Positions 8,021 to 17,208 of a stretch of DNA of 47,482 bases are shown in pieces. The notes below the pieces were generated by a model. That model did no database searches. It had not been told where the DNA came from and was given only the letters and a program-made list of their open reading frames with translations. Origin of the DNA: Candidatus Krumholzibacteriia bacterium (GTDB taxonomy: Bacteria; Krumholzibacteriota; Krumholzibacteriia; LZORAL124-64-63); NCBI GenBank assembly GCA_036351155.1, contig JAZBOO010000314.1:1-47482 (forward strand), read 5' to 3'. How positions within the stretch are numbered: the first letter of the stretch is position 1; each line of letters starts with the position of its first letter. The position numbers were made by a program, and so were the translations under genes.

Positions 8021-9514
8021 ATGAAGAGGTCACTTCTTTTTCTTGTCGTCTGCGGACTATTGGCCGTCAATGCGATCGCCTGGGGAGCCGATTTTCCCTC
8101 CAAGCCGATCCAGATCTTTGTGCACACCAAGCCCGGCGGCGCCGTGGACCTGATGGCGCGACAGCTGGCTCAGGTGGCGACGAATTACTGCGATCAGCCT
8201 CTGGTCGTGATCAACAAGCCCGGCGGATCGGGTCTGCTGGCTCTGGCCGACGTGTACAAGAGCAAGCCTGACGGATATACGTTGCTGGCTTTTCCCGCGG
8301 CCTTCCTGGCGCCTCTGCAAACGACCGATATCGGCTTCGGCCTCGACAGCTTCCACTACATTGCCTGTTTGACCATCTCTCCCGAGGTGATCGTCACCAA
8401 CAAGCATTCGGACGTCGTCACGCTGGAACAGATCCTCGCGGATGCTCGAGCCCGCCCGGGCGAACAGAAGTGGTGCGGGCCCGGCAGTGGAACCCTGGAT
8501 CATCTGGTGGGCGTGGAGATCTGGGACAAGGCGGATATTTCCGTGAAGTGGATTCCCTATGGTGGGGGGGCGCCTTCGATCGTGTCGGTGATGGGTCAGC
8601 ACTCCGATGTCTATATCGGCAACCCGGAGGATCTGCTGGGCCGAGAGAACACCCTGACCATTGCGGCTGTGGCCAGCGAGGAACGCCTTCCCGATTTTCC
8701 CGATGCGCCGACCTTCAAGGAATTCGGTATCGACATGACCGACAATGTCATGTGGCGCGGGTTTGCCGTGAAGAAAGGTACGCCGCCCGAAGTGGTCAGC
8801 TACCTGGAGGATCTGCTGTGGAAGTGCAGTCAGGACCCTCTCTGGATCAGCTTCGTCGAGAAAACCATGGTGCAGGGCGTATTCTTGCGCAACGAGGAAT
8901 TCTCGGCCATGGTCACCCGGGATGCGCTGTCTGCCCGGGAGTATCTGGGGCAGGCCGGATTCAAGGTCGGGGCCGTCCCTGAAAGCGCACCCCACCCGGT
9001 CCTGGTTTTTGTTGGTGTCCTGGTCGTGTTGCTGGCGGTGCTTTTCTTCTTGACCCGAAAGACCGGCACCCATCTGAACGGGACGATGGCGATTGCGGCC
9101 TTCGGCCTGGCCTTGGCCATTCTGTTCTATTTCATGAGTCAATACTTTCCCGAGCCCAGGAAGGGCACCTTTGTCGGGGCCGCCACTGTCCCGCAGTTCT
9201 GGACGTTATTTTTGGCGGTGATGGCGATGATAATCCTGGTCCGCACCCTGAGGTCCGCGCCCGAGGCAGGCAGGGCATCTGGACGGACCCGACTGGTGAT
9301 CATGATGATTGCCCTGACCACGGCTTTCACCTTCCTCTTGCCGTTGATCGGGTTCTTTCCCGCGACACTCATTCTGCTGGTGGGCGGAATGGTGATCCTG
9401 GGTCACCGGAAAATCGGCGTGATCAGCATCGCCTCGGTGGCGGTCCTCGCATTCATGTACGGCGTCTTCTACAAGGTGCTGATGGTCCCGCTGCCCATGG
9501 GCAGCTTGTTCTGA
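8021..9514 (+). CDS. Tripartite tricarboxylate transporter TctC (Bug-type binding protein) fused to TctB-like membrane domain
   Basis: Signal peptide then FPSKPI...PGGAVDLMAR...NKPGGSG...PDGYTLL...IPYGGG...WRG; C-terminal TM helices ending LMVPLPMGSLF (TctB-like). Confidence 0.85.
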   Translation: MKRSLLFLVVCGLLAVNAIAWGADFPSKPIQIFVHTKPGGAVDLMARQLAQVATNYCDQPLVVINKPGGSGLLALADVYKSKPDGYTLLAFPAAFLAPLQTTDIGFGLDSFHYIACLTISPEVIVTNKHSDVVTLEQILADARARPGEQKWCGPGSGTLDHLVGVEIWDKADISVKWIPYGGGAPSIVSVMGQHSDVYIGNPEDLLGRENTLTIAAVASEERLPDFPDAPTFKEFGIDMTDNVMWRGFAVKKGTPPEVVSYLEDLLWKCSQDPLWISFVEKTMVQGVFLRNEEFSAMVTRDALSAREYLGQAGFKVGAVPESAPHPVLVFVGVLVVLLAVLFFLTRKTGTHLNGTMAIAAFGLALAILFYFMSQYFPEPRKGTFVGAATVPQFWTLFLAVMAMIILVRTLRSAPEAGRASGRTRLVIMMIALTTAFTFLLPLIGFFPATLILLVGGMVILGHRKIGVISIASVAVLAFMYGVFYKVLMVPLPMGSLF

Positions 9515-9529
9515 GCCGGGAAGAGAACC

Positions 9530-11047
9530 TTGGATATTTTTTCACATCTGGCCGACGGTTTCCTCGCCTTGCTGGGGACCGATACGATTCCCTGGTGGCA
9601 GCCGGGTCTGGTCATCATGTGCGGTGTGACGATCGGCATCTTCGTGGGCGTCATGCCGGGCCTTTCGGCCTCGACGGGGCTGGCGCTGGTGGTCCCTTTC
9701 ACCTACGGCATGCACCCCATGATGGCGATCATCCTGCTGGCCTCGATCTACCTGTCTTCGGCCTACGGAGGCACGATCACCGCGATTGCCATCAACACGC
9801 CCGGAACCCCGGCCGCCGTGGCTGTCGCCAAGGACGGGTACGCTCTGACGAAGAAGGGTGAGCCGGGACTGGCGCTGGGTGCCAGCCTGCTGGCGAACAC
9901 GACCGGCGGCATGGTCGGCACCATCATTCTCATCTTCCTTTCGGCTCCGATCGCCAGGGTGGCGCTTCAGTTCGGACCGCCGGCCTTCTTTTCTCTGGCG
10001 ATCTTCGGCCTGACCATTGTCGCGGCCATGGAAGCGAAGAATCGCACCAAGGCGTTTTTTTCCACCGCTCTGGGCCTGCTGCTCATGACCGTGGGGCTGG
10101 ACATCATCAACGCTCACCCGCGGTTCACTTTCGGAAACACGAATCTGTTCGACGGCTTTTCCTTCATTCCCGCCCTGATCGGGCTGTTCGCTCTGGGGGA
10201 GATCCTTCTGAATATCGAGAATCTCCAGGAAGTGAAGGGAAAGGTGGTGGCGTTTTCCAGCAAGATGCCGGGAATGGGCACCATGTTGCAGCTCAAAACC
10301 ACCATCCTCAAGAGCGCCGGCATCGGCGCGGTGGTCGGGGCCATCCCGGGTGCGGGCGCGACAATAGCCGCGTTCATCGCCTATGGCGAGGCCAGGCGCT
10401 CCAGTAAAAAACCCGATGAATTCGGCCACGGGTCTCTCGAAGGCGTGGCGGCCCCATCGGCGGCCGCCGGTGCTTCGGAAGGTGGGGCCCTGGTGCCGCT
10501 GCTGACTCTGGGCATACCGGGCAGCGCGGCAACCGCCGTCATGGTCGGGGCGCTGACCCTGCACAACATCACGCCCGGTCCAGAACTCTTCAAGAGCAAC
10601 ACCACGCTGGTCTATGCGCTGTTCGCGAGCCTGTTCGTCGGCAATCTGTTCATGCTGATGATTGGCACGCTTGGCAACAAGCTCTGGGTCAAGTTGATCG
10701 CCGCGCCCAAGGCTGTCCTGTTCCCGGTGATCATCGCGGTCGCCTTCGTGGGCAGCTACGCGGTCAAGAACTCCATGTTCGATGTGTTTGTGTGCCTGGG
10801 GTTCGGTGTGCTCGGCTGGATTCTCCGGCGCAACGGTTTTCCCACCGCTCCTCTGGTGCTGGCCATGATCCTCGGCCGGATGGCCGAGACCAACTTCCGG
10901 CAGGCCTTGCTTTCCGAGGGCACGTGGACCGTGTTCTTTACCAATCCCTTGAGTCTGGGGTTGCTTGTTCTGGCCGTGGCTTCGCTGGCCTGGCCGGTGA
11001 TTCAAGGGCGGCGGGCGAAGGCGTCTGGGGCAAGAAAAGCTCCATGA
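9530..11047 (+). CDS. tctA: Tripartite tricarboxylate transporter large permease TctA
   Basis: GVMPGLS, YGGTITAIAINTPGTP, PLLTLGIPGS motifs; multi-TM, 505 aa. Confidence 0.93.
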   Translation: MDIFSHLADGFLALLGTDTIPWWQPGLVIMCGVTIGIFVGVMPGLSASTGLALVVPFTYGMHPMMAIILLASIYLSSAYGGTITAIAINTPGTPAAVAVAKDGYALTKKGEPGLALGASLLANTTGGMVGTIILIFLSAPIARVALQFGPPAFFSLAIFGLTIVAAMEAKNRTKAFFSTALGLLLMTVGLDIINAHPRFTFGNTNLFDGFSFIPALIGLFALGEILLNIENLQEVKGKVVAFSSKMPGMGTMLQLKTTILKSAGIGAVVGAIPGAGATIAAFIAYGEARRSSKKPDEFGHGSLEGVAAPSAAAGASEGGALVPLLTLGIPGSAATAVMVGALTLHNITPGPELFKSNTTLVYALFASLFVGNLFMLMIGTLGNKLWVKLIAAPKAVLFPVIIAVAFVGSYAVKNSMFDVFVCLGFGVLGWILRRNGFPTAPLVLAMILGRMAETNFRQALLSEGTWTVFFTNPLSLGLLVLAVASLAWPVIQGRRAKASGARKAP

Positions 11048-11130
11048 TGGGGCCCCTGGCTTGAAGCGTGATGATGGCCCCGGTACATTCTCCGAGAGTC
11101 AGATTCGCCCCAGGAGGAGGACGAACTGGA

Positions 11131-11229
11131 CGAATGAGCAGAGTGGTGGAGCACAGCAACACCATCTATATCAAAGGTATGGTCCCTTCCCTGTCACGCC
11201 ATTTTTTGGCCTCAACAGTTCAGGATTAA
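11131..11229 (+). pseudogene. Possible N-terminal remnant of a RidA/YjgF-family gene
   Basis: RMSRVVEHSNTIYIKGMV resembles Rid-family N-terminus (RMSxxVxHNxTxYLxGQV); similarity stops after ~18 codons. Confidence 0.35.
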
Positions 11230-11230
11230 C

Positions 11231-12286
11231 ATGAAGAAGATTTGCCTGTTTTTGATCCCCATGGTGCTGCTGCTGTGGTCGTCTTTGTTGCTGGTTGACC
11301 CGGCTGCGGCGGAAAACCCCGAATCTCTGACCTACCTGGTGAGCAGCCTCGGCGACAGCGACCTGGCCGAACTCCAGGAGCTGGCCCCCAACGTGAATTT
11401 CCTGGTGGGTTTGTCGGAAGAAGAGGCCCTGAAACGCGCGCCGGAAATCCATGGAGCCGATGCGCATTTGCTGGATGAGGCCTTCCTGGCAGCGGCGACA
11501 AACCTTCGCTGGGTGCAGTCCTGGAGCGCGGGAGTGGACCGCTACCTGAAGCTGGATGGCCTGCGGAGCAACGAGCGCATTGTCCTGACCAACATGCAGG
11601 GTGTTCACGGGCCGGCCATTGCCGAGCACGTGTTTGCCACCTTGCTGGCCTTGACCCGCAACCTGCCCGAGCTGCATGCCGCCCAGCGGGAAAGCCGGTG
11701 GGACCGTGCGGCCATCGGCGATGCCACCACCCTGGCTGGACGCACCATGTTCGTGGTGGGGATGGGGGGTATCGGTTCCCAGATTGCCAGCCGCGCCCAT
11801 GCCTTTGACATGACCGTTCTGGCCACGGTGCGAAACCCGGCGGCCCGTGAAAAACCCCCTTACGTGAATGAACTGGGTGGGGCCGCCGATCTGGAGCGTT
11901 TTCTGGGGCAGGCTGATGTGGTGGTCGTGGCCCTGCCCTTGACCGACGAAACCCGCGGTCTTTTCAATGCCGAACGCCTGGCCCTGATGCCCGCCGGCTC
12001 CTGGTTTGTGAATATCGGCCGTGGCCCGATTGCCGACACCGATGCTCTGGTGGCGGCCTTGCAGTCCGGTCACCTGGCCGGGGTGGCCCTGGATGTGACC
12101 GACCCGGAACCTCTGCCTGAAGACCACCCTCTGTGGCAGATGGAAAATGTGATCATCACCCCCCATGTGGCCAGCCGCGCCGAATTGACGGGCCAGCGCA
12201 GGTGGGCTGTTCTCAAGCAGAACATGCAGCGGTTTGCCGAAGGCCGGGAGTTGATCAACATCGTGGACAAGAAAGTGGGTTATTGA
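11231..12286 (+). CDS. D-2-hydroxyacid dehydrogenase family protein with N-terminal signal-peptide-like extension
   Basis: SAGVD, IAEHV, GMGGIG, LPLTDETRGL, NIGRG, LDVTDPEPL, TPHVA. Confidence 0.92.
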   Translation: MKKICLFLIPMVLLLWSSLLLVDPAAAENPESLTYLVSSLGDSDLAELQELAPNVNFLVGLSEEEALKRAPEIHGADAHLLDEAFLAAATNLRWVQSWSAGVDRYLKLDGLRSNERIVLTNMQGVHGPAIAEHVFATLLALTRNLPELHAAQRESRWDRAAIGDATTLAGRTMFVVGMGGIGSQIASRAHAFDMTVLATVRNPAAREKPPYVNELGGAADLERFLGQADVVVVALPLTDETRGLFNAERLALMPAGSWFVNIGRGPIADTDALVAALQSGHLAGVALDVTDPEPLPEDHPLWQMENVIITPHVASRAELTGQRRWAVLKQNMQRFAEGRELINIVDKKVGY

Positions 12287-12384
12287 GGGTCCCTGTGTGA
12301 GCCGATTGATCTGGATTTCTCGCTTTTCATTACAGCCAGATTGATTGGCTTGCCCTCAAGGAACCCAGCGAAAAGGAGGCCCCC

Positions 12385-12951
12385 ATGATTCCCCGACTTT
12401 TCTTGATCACCATCTTGCTTCTGGCTCTGGCGACGGCTGTCGCAGCAGAAGGTGGCGAGGTGCGCATCAACAACAAGGTCATGACTTCCGGGGAAATGGC
12501 CGCGTGGCGATTGATCCTTCAGATCCCCCAGGAGTACGAAATTCTCCCTGGTGAATACTGGTACGACAGTTTCGCTGGGTTTTGGGGTGAGATCGGCGGA
12601 CCGACCTTGGGTCAGATTCAGGCGGGGTTACCTCTGGGTGGTCCTCTGCCGGCCGACGCTTCGGGCCGCGGCTCAGGCACATTCATCAACGGGCGGGAGA
12701 TTCATCCCGAGGAGGTGGCCTACCTTTTGTCACTATTCGGCCAGGTGTACAAGGGGCGGTTCTGGGTGAATGCTCAGGGTGCCGGCGGATACGAATATGG
12801 CCCCCCGTTTTTTGACATCAAGGAGGCCGCCCGCAGATCACGCCAGAGCAACAACACCATCCGGCGAAGCCTGTTTGGCAGCACCGGAGGAGATGGCGAA
12901 ACCTTCTATTATCTTCATCCCGATGGCGGCAGCGTCATGATTGGCGGCTGA
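12385..12951 (+). CDS. Secreted hypothetical protein with PGxYWYD...FINGRE domain (plant XLG/EDR4-like resemblance)
   Basis: AAGGAGG RBS; signal peptide ...AVAA; PGEYWYDSFAGFWG...DASG...FINGREIH...FWVN. Confidence 0.75.
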   Translation: MIPRLFLITILLLALATAVAAEGGEVRINNKVMTSGEMAAWRLILQIPQEYEILPGEYWYDSFAGFWGEIGGPTLGQIQAGLPLGGPLPADASGRGSGTFINGREIHPEEVAYLLSLFGQVYKGRFWVNAQGAGGYEYGPPFFDIKEAARRSRQSNNTIRRSLFGSTGGDGETFYYLHPDGGSVMIGG

Positions 12952-13017
12952 GGCCTCGCCAGGTTTTCTGGAAACAGGCTGCTTCTTGGAGGTGCTGGGT
13001 CGAAGCTGTGGGCGGCC

Positions 13018-14778
13018 TCACGGTGAACCCATATGGATCGGTTCACCCACGTCCTCCACGGCGCCGTTCTGGATGAGAGGGATGGTGATGCGGAATGTGG
13101 AGCCGCGACCCGGCTCGCTATCCAGTTCGATTTGCCCGCCGTGCCGCTCGACGATCCCGTGGCTCACCGAAAGCCCCAGTCCGGTGCCCTTGCCCACGGG
13201 CTTGGTGGTGTAGAACGGATCGAAAATGTGGCTCTTGACCTCTTCGGGAATGCCGTTTCCATCGTCTGCAACACTGAACCAGGCGTGGGAATCGTCGGCA
13301 CCGGTGGCGACCGTGATCGTTCCGTGCCGCTCGATCGCGTGGATGGCGTTGACGACCAGGTTCATCACGACCTGGGCGAGCTTGCCCGGGATGCATTCCA
13401 CGCTCGGAACATTTCCAAATTCCCGCTTCAAATCCGCCTTGAACCTGATCTGACTCCACATCAGGTTGATCGTACTATCGATCAAATGGTTCAGATCTGC
13501 CGCCTCCCACTCATCGCTGGACTGGCGGGAGAAGTTCATCAGGTCGGCCACGATCCGGGTCACCCGTTGCAGTCCTTCGCGGGTCTGCTGCAACAATTCG
13601 GGTGTATCCTCGGCGAGAAAGTCGATCTCCACCTCCTCGGCCAGCGCGGTCAGTTCGTTGCGCAGCGATGTGTCTGGAATCGACGGCACGGCATTCCGGT
13701 AGGCACCCAGCAGGTGGAAGATCTGCTCGATGTATTGACCGAGCTGTCCGATGTTCGTGCTCACGAAGCCGATCGGATTGTTGATCTCGTGGGCGACCCC
13801 GGCAGACAGCTGGCCAACGGCCGCCATCTTCTCCGACTGGACCAGCTGCTCCTGCGTGCTCTTCAATTTGTCGAGCGTCTTCTTGAGTCTATCCCGGGCC
13901 TCGTCGCTACTTACCTGGCAGTGCTGGCGCTGGGTGATGTCCATGAGGGTCAGCGCCGCGCCTTCGATCCGGCCGCTCATATCCGGCAGGCGGTGCAGGC
14001 TGACCTCGAAGTGGCGGTGCGGTTCCCGGTCGGTGAAGACGGACTCGAAGCTGCAGTCATCGTCGCTTGAGCTCAGGAAATCCTGGATCTTCGCCGCCAG
14101 GAACAGCAGGGGCTCGGGCCGCCGATCCTGGTCGTAGTAGTGCGCACCGGGTTCGCCGTTCTTGCCGAGCAGCCGGATGGCGGCGCGGTTCATGATCTGG
14201 ACTTCGCCCTTTTTGTCCAGCAGGAACGAAGGATGGTGCAGGCTCTCGAAGAAGGTCAGTAACCGGTTCTTGTCGTTGGCGAGCAGACGGCTTGCGGTGG
14301 CGAGCTCCTTGATCTGGGTTTCGGAGTCGGTGCCGCTCCACTCGGTGCAAAACGCGATCTCGATCCGGTCGAAGACACGGTTGATGCGACAGGTCACCGC
14401 CACCTTGTCTTCCAGCTCCACCTGCTCGTGGAGAAAATCCAGAAAGGTTTGCCGGTAGTACTTGAACAGACCCAGGAACATGGACAGGTTCACGCCGCGT
14501 GCACGGTGCCTCTGTGCCTGGATGACGCCGAAGGTGCAGGCCGGATCGTTCAGGAAATCATCGTCGGGATGCAGATCCAGCGGGTCATCCCCGCTGAGCC
14601 CGGCCCGCACGACTTCGACCAGGCGCTGGACAGAGGTCAGCCAGGCGGCCTTCAGCGTGGAGGAGTACTTCGTGTATTCGTGACGGTGGGCATACTTGAA
14701 CAATCGATCAAGGAGCCATTCCTCGGCCGAGTCCAGCGCCTCGATCACCACCTTGCCGTTCTGCCGGTCCCATTGCAC
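13018..14778 (-). CDS. Sensor histidine kinase (N-terminal helical sensor, PAS, HisKA, HATPase)
   Basis: QLVQSEKMAAVGQLSAGVAHEINNP, NLVVNAIHA, DDGNGI, FDPFYTTKPVGKGTGLGL. Confidence 0.92.
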   Translation of the reverse strand: MQWDRQNGKVVIEALDSAEEWLLDRLFKYAHRHEYTKYSSTLKAAWLTSVQRLVEVVRAGLSGDDPLDLHPDDDFLNDPACTFGVIQAQRHRARGVNLSMFLGLFKYYRQTFLDFLHEQVELEDKVAVTCRINRVFDRIEIAFCTEWSGTDSETQIKELATASRLLANDKNRLLTFFESLHHPSFLLDKKGEVQIMNRAAIRLLGKNGEPGAHYYDQDRRPEPLLFLAAKIQDFLSSSDDDCSFESVFTDREPHRHFEVSLHRLPDMSGRIEGAALTLMDITQRQHCQVSSDEARDRLKKTLDKLKSTQEQLVQSEKMAAVGQLSAGVAHEINNPIGFVSTNIGQLGQYIEQIFHLLGAYRNAVPSIPDTSLRNELTALAEEVEIDFLAEDTPELLQQTREGLQRVTRIVADLMNFSRQSSDEWEAADLNHLIDSTINLMWSQIRFKADLKREFGNVPSVECIPGKLAQVVMNLVVNAIHAIERHGTITVATGADDSHAWFSVADDGNGIPEEVKSHIFDPFYTTKPVGKGTGLGLSVSHGIVERHGGQIELDSEPGRGSTFRITIPLIQNGAVEDVGEPIHMGSP

Positions 14779-14900
14779 CGTTCCACCTCATTTCTTTACG
14801 CGGTGTTGCCGGGCGAGGAAATGCCGCCCTGTTTATTCGGCAGAATAAGGAAACCCTTAAGGATGCGTTCAATGGGCTGCCGGGGGGATTGGGAGCGGGA

Positions 14901-15050
14901 TTACCCGATGGTGTGTTCGATCAGGATTTTCAATTCAATGCCAATGAGGATGAAACCGCCGGTAACCAGCACGCGCAGCCCAAACTCATGCCCCAATCGA
15001 GAATCGAAGTACATTCCAGTTGTCAGGTTGACCGAGTAACAGACAGATGA
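14901..15050 (-). pseudogene. mntP: C-terminal remnant of manganese efflux pump MntP
   Basis: GMYFDSRLGHEFGLRVLVTGGFILIGIELKILIEHTIG* matches the MntP C-terminal GGxILIxIGxKILxEH pattern; rest of gene absent. Confidence 0.6.
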
Positions 15051-15740
15051 TTAGACCAGCCCCAGAATTTCCGCCGGCACCGGAGCCTCGAAGGTCATCC
15101 GCCGGCCATCGTGAGGATGAGGGAAGGCAATGGTGCGGGCATGGAGCGCCATCCGCGGGACCCTGTCGCGTTTCTGGCCATATTTCACATCGCCGGCAAC
15201 AGGATGTCCGGCCTCGGCGAGGTGGACCCGGATCTGGTTTTTTCTCCCGGTCAGCAGGGTGATATCCAGGAGGCTGAAGCGGGGCGTTTCCTTGACCACC
15301 CGGTAGAGTGTTTCGGCCCATTTCCCCTTGGCTGCCTCGGCGGTGGAGTAGACGAACTGGTCGCTGTTCTCCGCCAGATAGCTGGAAAACTTGCCGTTCT
15401 TCTCCTCCAGGCTCCCGTTGACCACGGCCGTGTAATGCTTCTCCACGGCTTTCCAGTTCCCCTTGAGCTTCTGCTGAACGGCCTCGCTCTTGGCGAAGAT
15501 GAGCAGACCGGAGGTCTCACGATCGAGTCGGTGGACGGTATAGGCACGGATCCACCCGCGGTTGCTTCCCTTGCGCAGGTAGTCCGTGAGCAGGTTTTCG
15601 GCCGTGGCCTTTCGGTCGCCCCGGAAGCTCACCGTCAGCAGGCCCGGGTCTTTGCAGACGACAAGGAGGTCCTGGTCCTCGTGGAGGATCTGGAGGCCCT
15701 TGAGGCGGCCGTGACCTGAAGGTTTCCGTTTGTGGCTCAT
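15051..15740 (-). CDS. RluA-family pseudouridine synthase
   Basis: LVVCKDPGL, VHRLDRETSGLL, LLTGRKNQIRVHL, GHPVAGDVKY, MALHA; start re-set to MSHKRK. Confidence 0.93.
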   Translation of the reverse strand: MSHKRKPSGHGRLKGLQILHEDQDLLVVCKDPGLLTVSFRGDRKATAENLLTDYLRKGSNRGWIRAYTVHRLDRETSGLLIFAKSEAVQQKLKGNWKAVEKHYTAVVNGSLEEKNGKFSSYLAENSDQFVYSTAEAAKGKWAETLYRVVKETPRFSLLDITLLTGRKNQIRVHLAEAGHPVAGDVKYGQKRDRVPRMALHARTIAFPHPHDGRRMTFEAPVPAEILGLV

Positions 15741-15863
15741 GGAGGGCACTGTATTCGCTGGGCGGGGGAAAGTCCAGGCGGCTGGTTTCTGTACGAAATC
15801 ATACCCGTGCGATATATTGGTTCTTCCTCCCGTGGTGCAAACTCGATGAAGGGCCAGGCTGCC

Positions 15864-16736
15864 ATGTTGAGAATTGGTCAGTTCAATAGACTGGCGGTCA
15901 TCAAAGAGCTGGATTTCGGCTTCTACCTGGACAGCGAAGACGACCAGTGGGGCGAAATCCTGCTGCCCTACGAGCAGGCGCCCAAGGGGTGTTCCCCTGA
16001 CGATTATCTCGACGTCTTCATCTATTTCGACTCCGAAGACCGGATCATCGCCACCACCAAACGGCCACACGTGATGGTTGGTCAGTTCAACCTGCTGCGG
16101 GTCGCCTCCATGGAGAAGGTGGGTGCCTTCATGGACTGGGGCTTGCCCAAGGACCTGCTGGTGCCCTTTGGTGAAATGAAAGTGCGGTTGAAGGAAAACC
16201 GGTCCTACATCGTCCGGGTCTTCATTGATGAGGAATCGGGCCGGATCGTCGGTTCCACCCGCATCAACAAGTTCATCGACAAGACCCCGGCTGACTACGA
16301 AGTGGGTCAGATGGTGGAACTGCTCGTGGCGCGCGAAACGGAGCTGGGGTACACGGCCATCATCAACGATGCCCACTGGGGCTTCCTCTATCACAATGAA
16401 ATTTTCAAGGACGTGCGCATCGGCAAGAAGGTCCGAGGCTACATCCAGAAAATACGGGACGACGGCAAGATCGATCTGTCATTGACGTCCACGGGATATG
16501 ACAAGGTGGCAGGCATGGCCGAGACGATTCTCAACCAGCTGGCCCGCCACCGCGGTTTTCTGCCCATCACTGCCAGGACCTCGCCCGAGGAACTGGCGGA
16601 TCGTTTTGGCATGAGCAAGAAGAACTACAAGAAGGCACTCGGCTCTCTCTACAAGAAGCGATTGGTCTCCATTGATCCTGACGGCATCAGGCTGCTGCCG
16701 TCTCCACCTGCCGAAGGAAAACCTGATGACCTGTAA
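15864..16736 (+). CDS. cvfB: CvfB/YitL-family S1-domain RNA-binding protein
   Basis: IGQFNRL, FGFYL, GAFMDWGLPKDLLVP, DGKIDLSL, FGMSKKNYKKALGSLYK. Confidence 0.9.
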   Translation: MLRIGQFNRLAVIKELDFGFYLDSEDDQWGEILLPYEQAPKGCSPDDYLDVFIYFDSEDRIIATTKRPHVMVGQFNLLRVASMEKVGAFMDWGLPKDLLVPFGEMKVRLKENRSYIVRVFIDEESGRIVGSTRINKFIDKTPADYEVGQMVELLVARETELGYTAIINDAHWGFLYHNEIFKDVRIGKKVRGYIQKIRDDGKIDLSLTSTGYDKVAGMAETILNQLARHRGFLPITARTSPEELADRFGMSKKNYKKALGSLYKKRLVSIDPDGIRLLPSPPAEGKPDDL

Positions 16737-17208
16737 CGATATTCTGGGGCGCCTCCGCTACATCTTGAATTATGACGATGCGGAGATGGTGGCGGTTTTT
16801 GCCGCGGCCGATCACGTGGCCACCGAAGAGCAGGTGAAAAATTGGCTGCTGGACGAGAAGGACCCGCTTTTTGCGAAGCTGTCTGACCGGGAGCTGGCCA
16901 CTTTTCTCAACGGGTTGATCAACCACAAGCGGGGCAAGCGGCCGGGTCCCGCTCCTGTCCCGGAAAATCGGCTGACCAATAATCTGATCGCCACCAAGCT
17001 GAAGATTGCTCTGAATCTGAAGGGCCCCGACATGATCCGGATCCTGGCCCTGGCCGATTTCCAGCTCAGCAACCACGAATTGAGTGCCTTTTTTCGCAAG
17101 CCGGGACACAAGCACTTCCGTAAAATGAATGACCAGGTCCTCAGGAATTTTTTGCAGGGACTGAGCAAAGGTGAATCTGCCGGTAGGAGTCTTCGAAGAA
17201 CTCCTTGA
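16726..17208 (+). CDS. DUF1456 (YehS-like) family protein
   Basis: NDILGRLRY, FLNGLI..KRG, KLKIAL, ELSAFFRKPGHKHFR..DQVLRNFL. Confidence 0.88.
   Translation: MTCNDILGRLRYILNYDDAEMVAVFAAADHVATEEQVKNWLLDEKDPLFAKLSDRELATFLNGLINHKRGKRPGPAPVPENRLTNNLIATKLKIALNLKGPDMIRILALADFQLSNHELSAFFRKPGHKHFRKMNDQVLRNFLQGLSKGESAGRSLRRTP

Noticed and set aside
15741..16394. Long N-terminal extension of the RluA-family ORF
   Set aside because: Overlaps the divergent cvfB gene; family similarity begins near 15740
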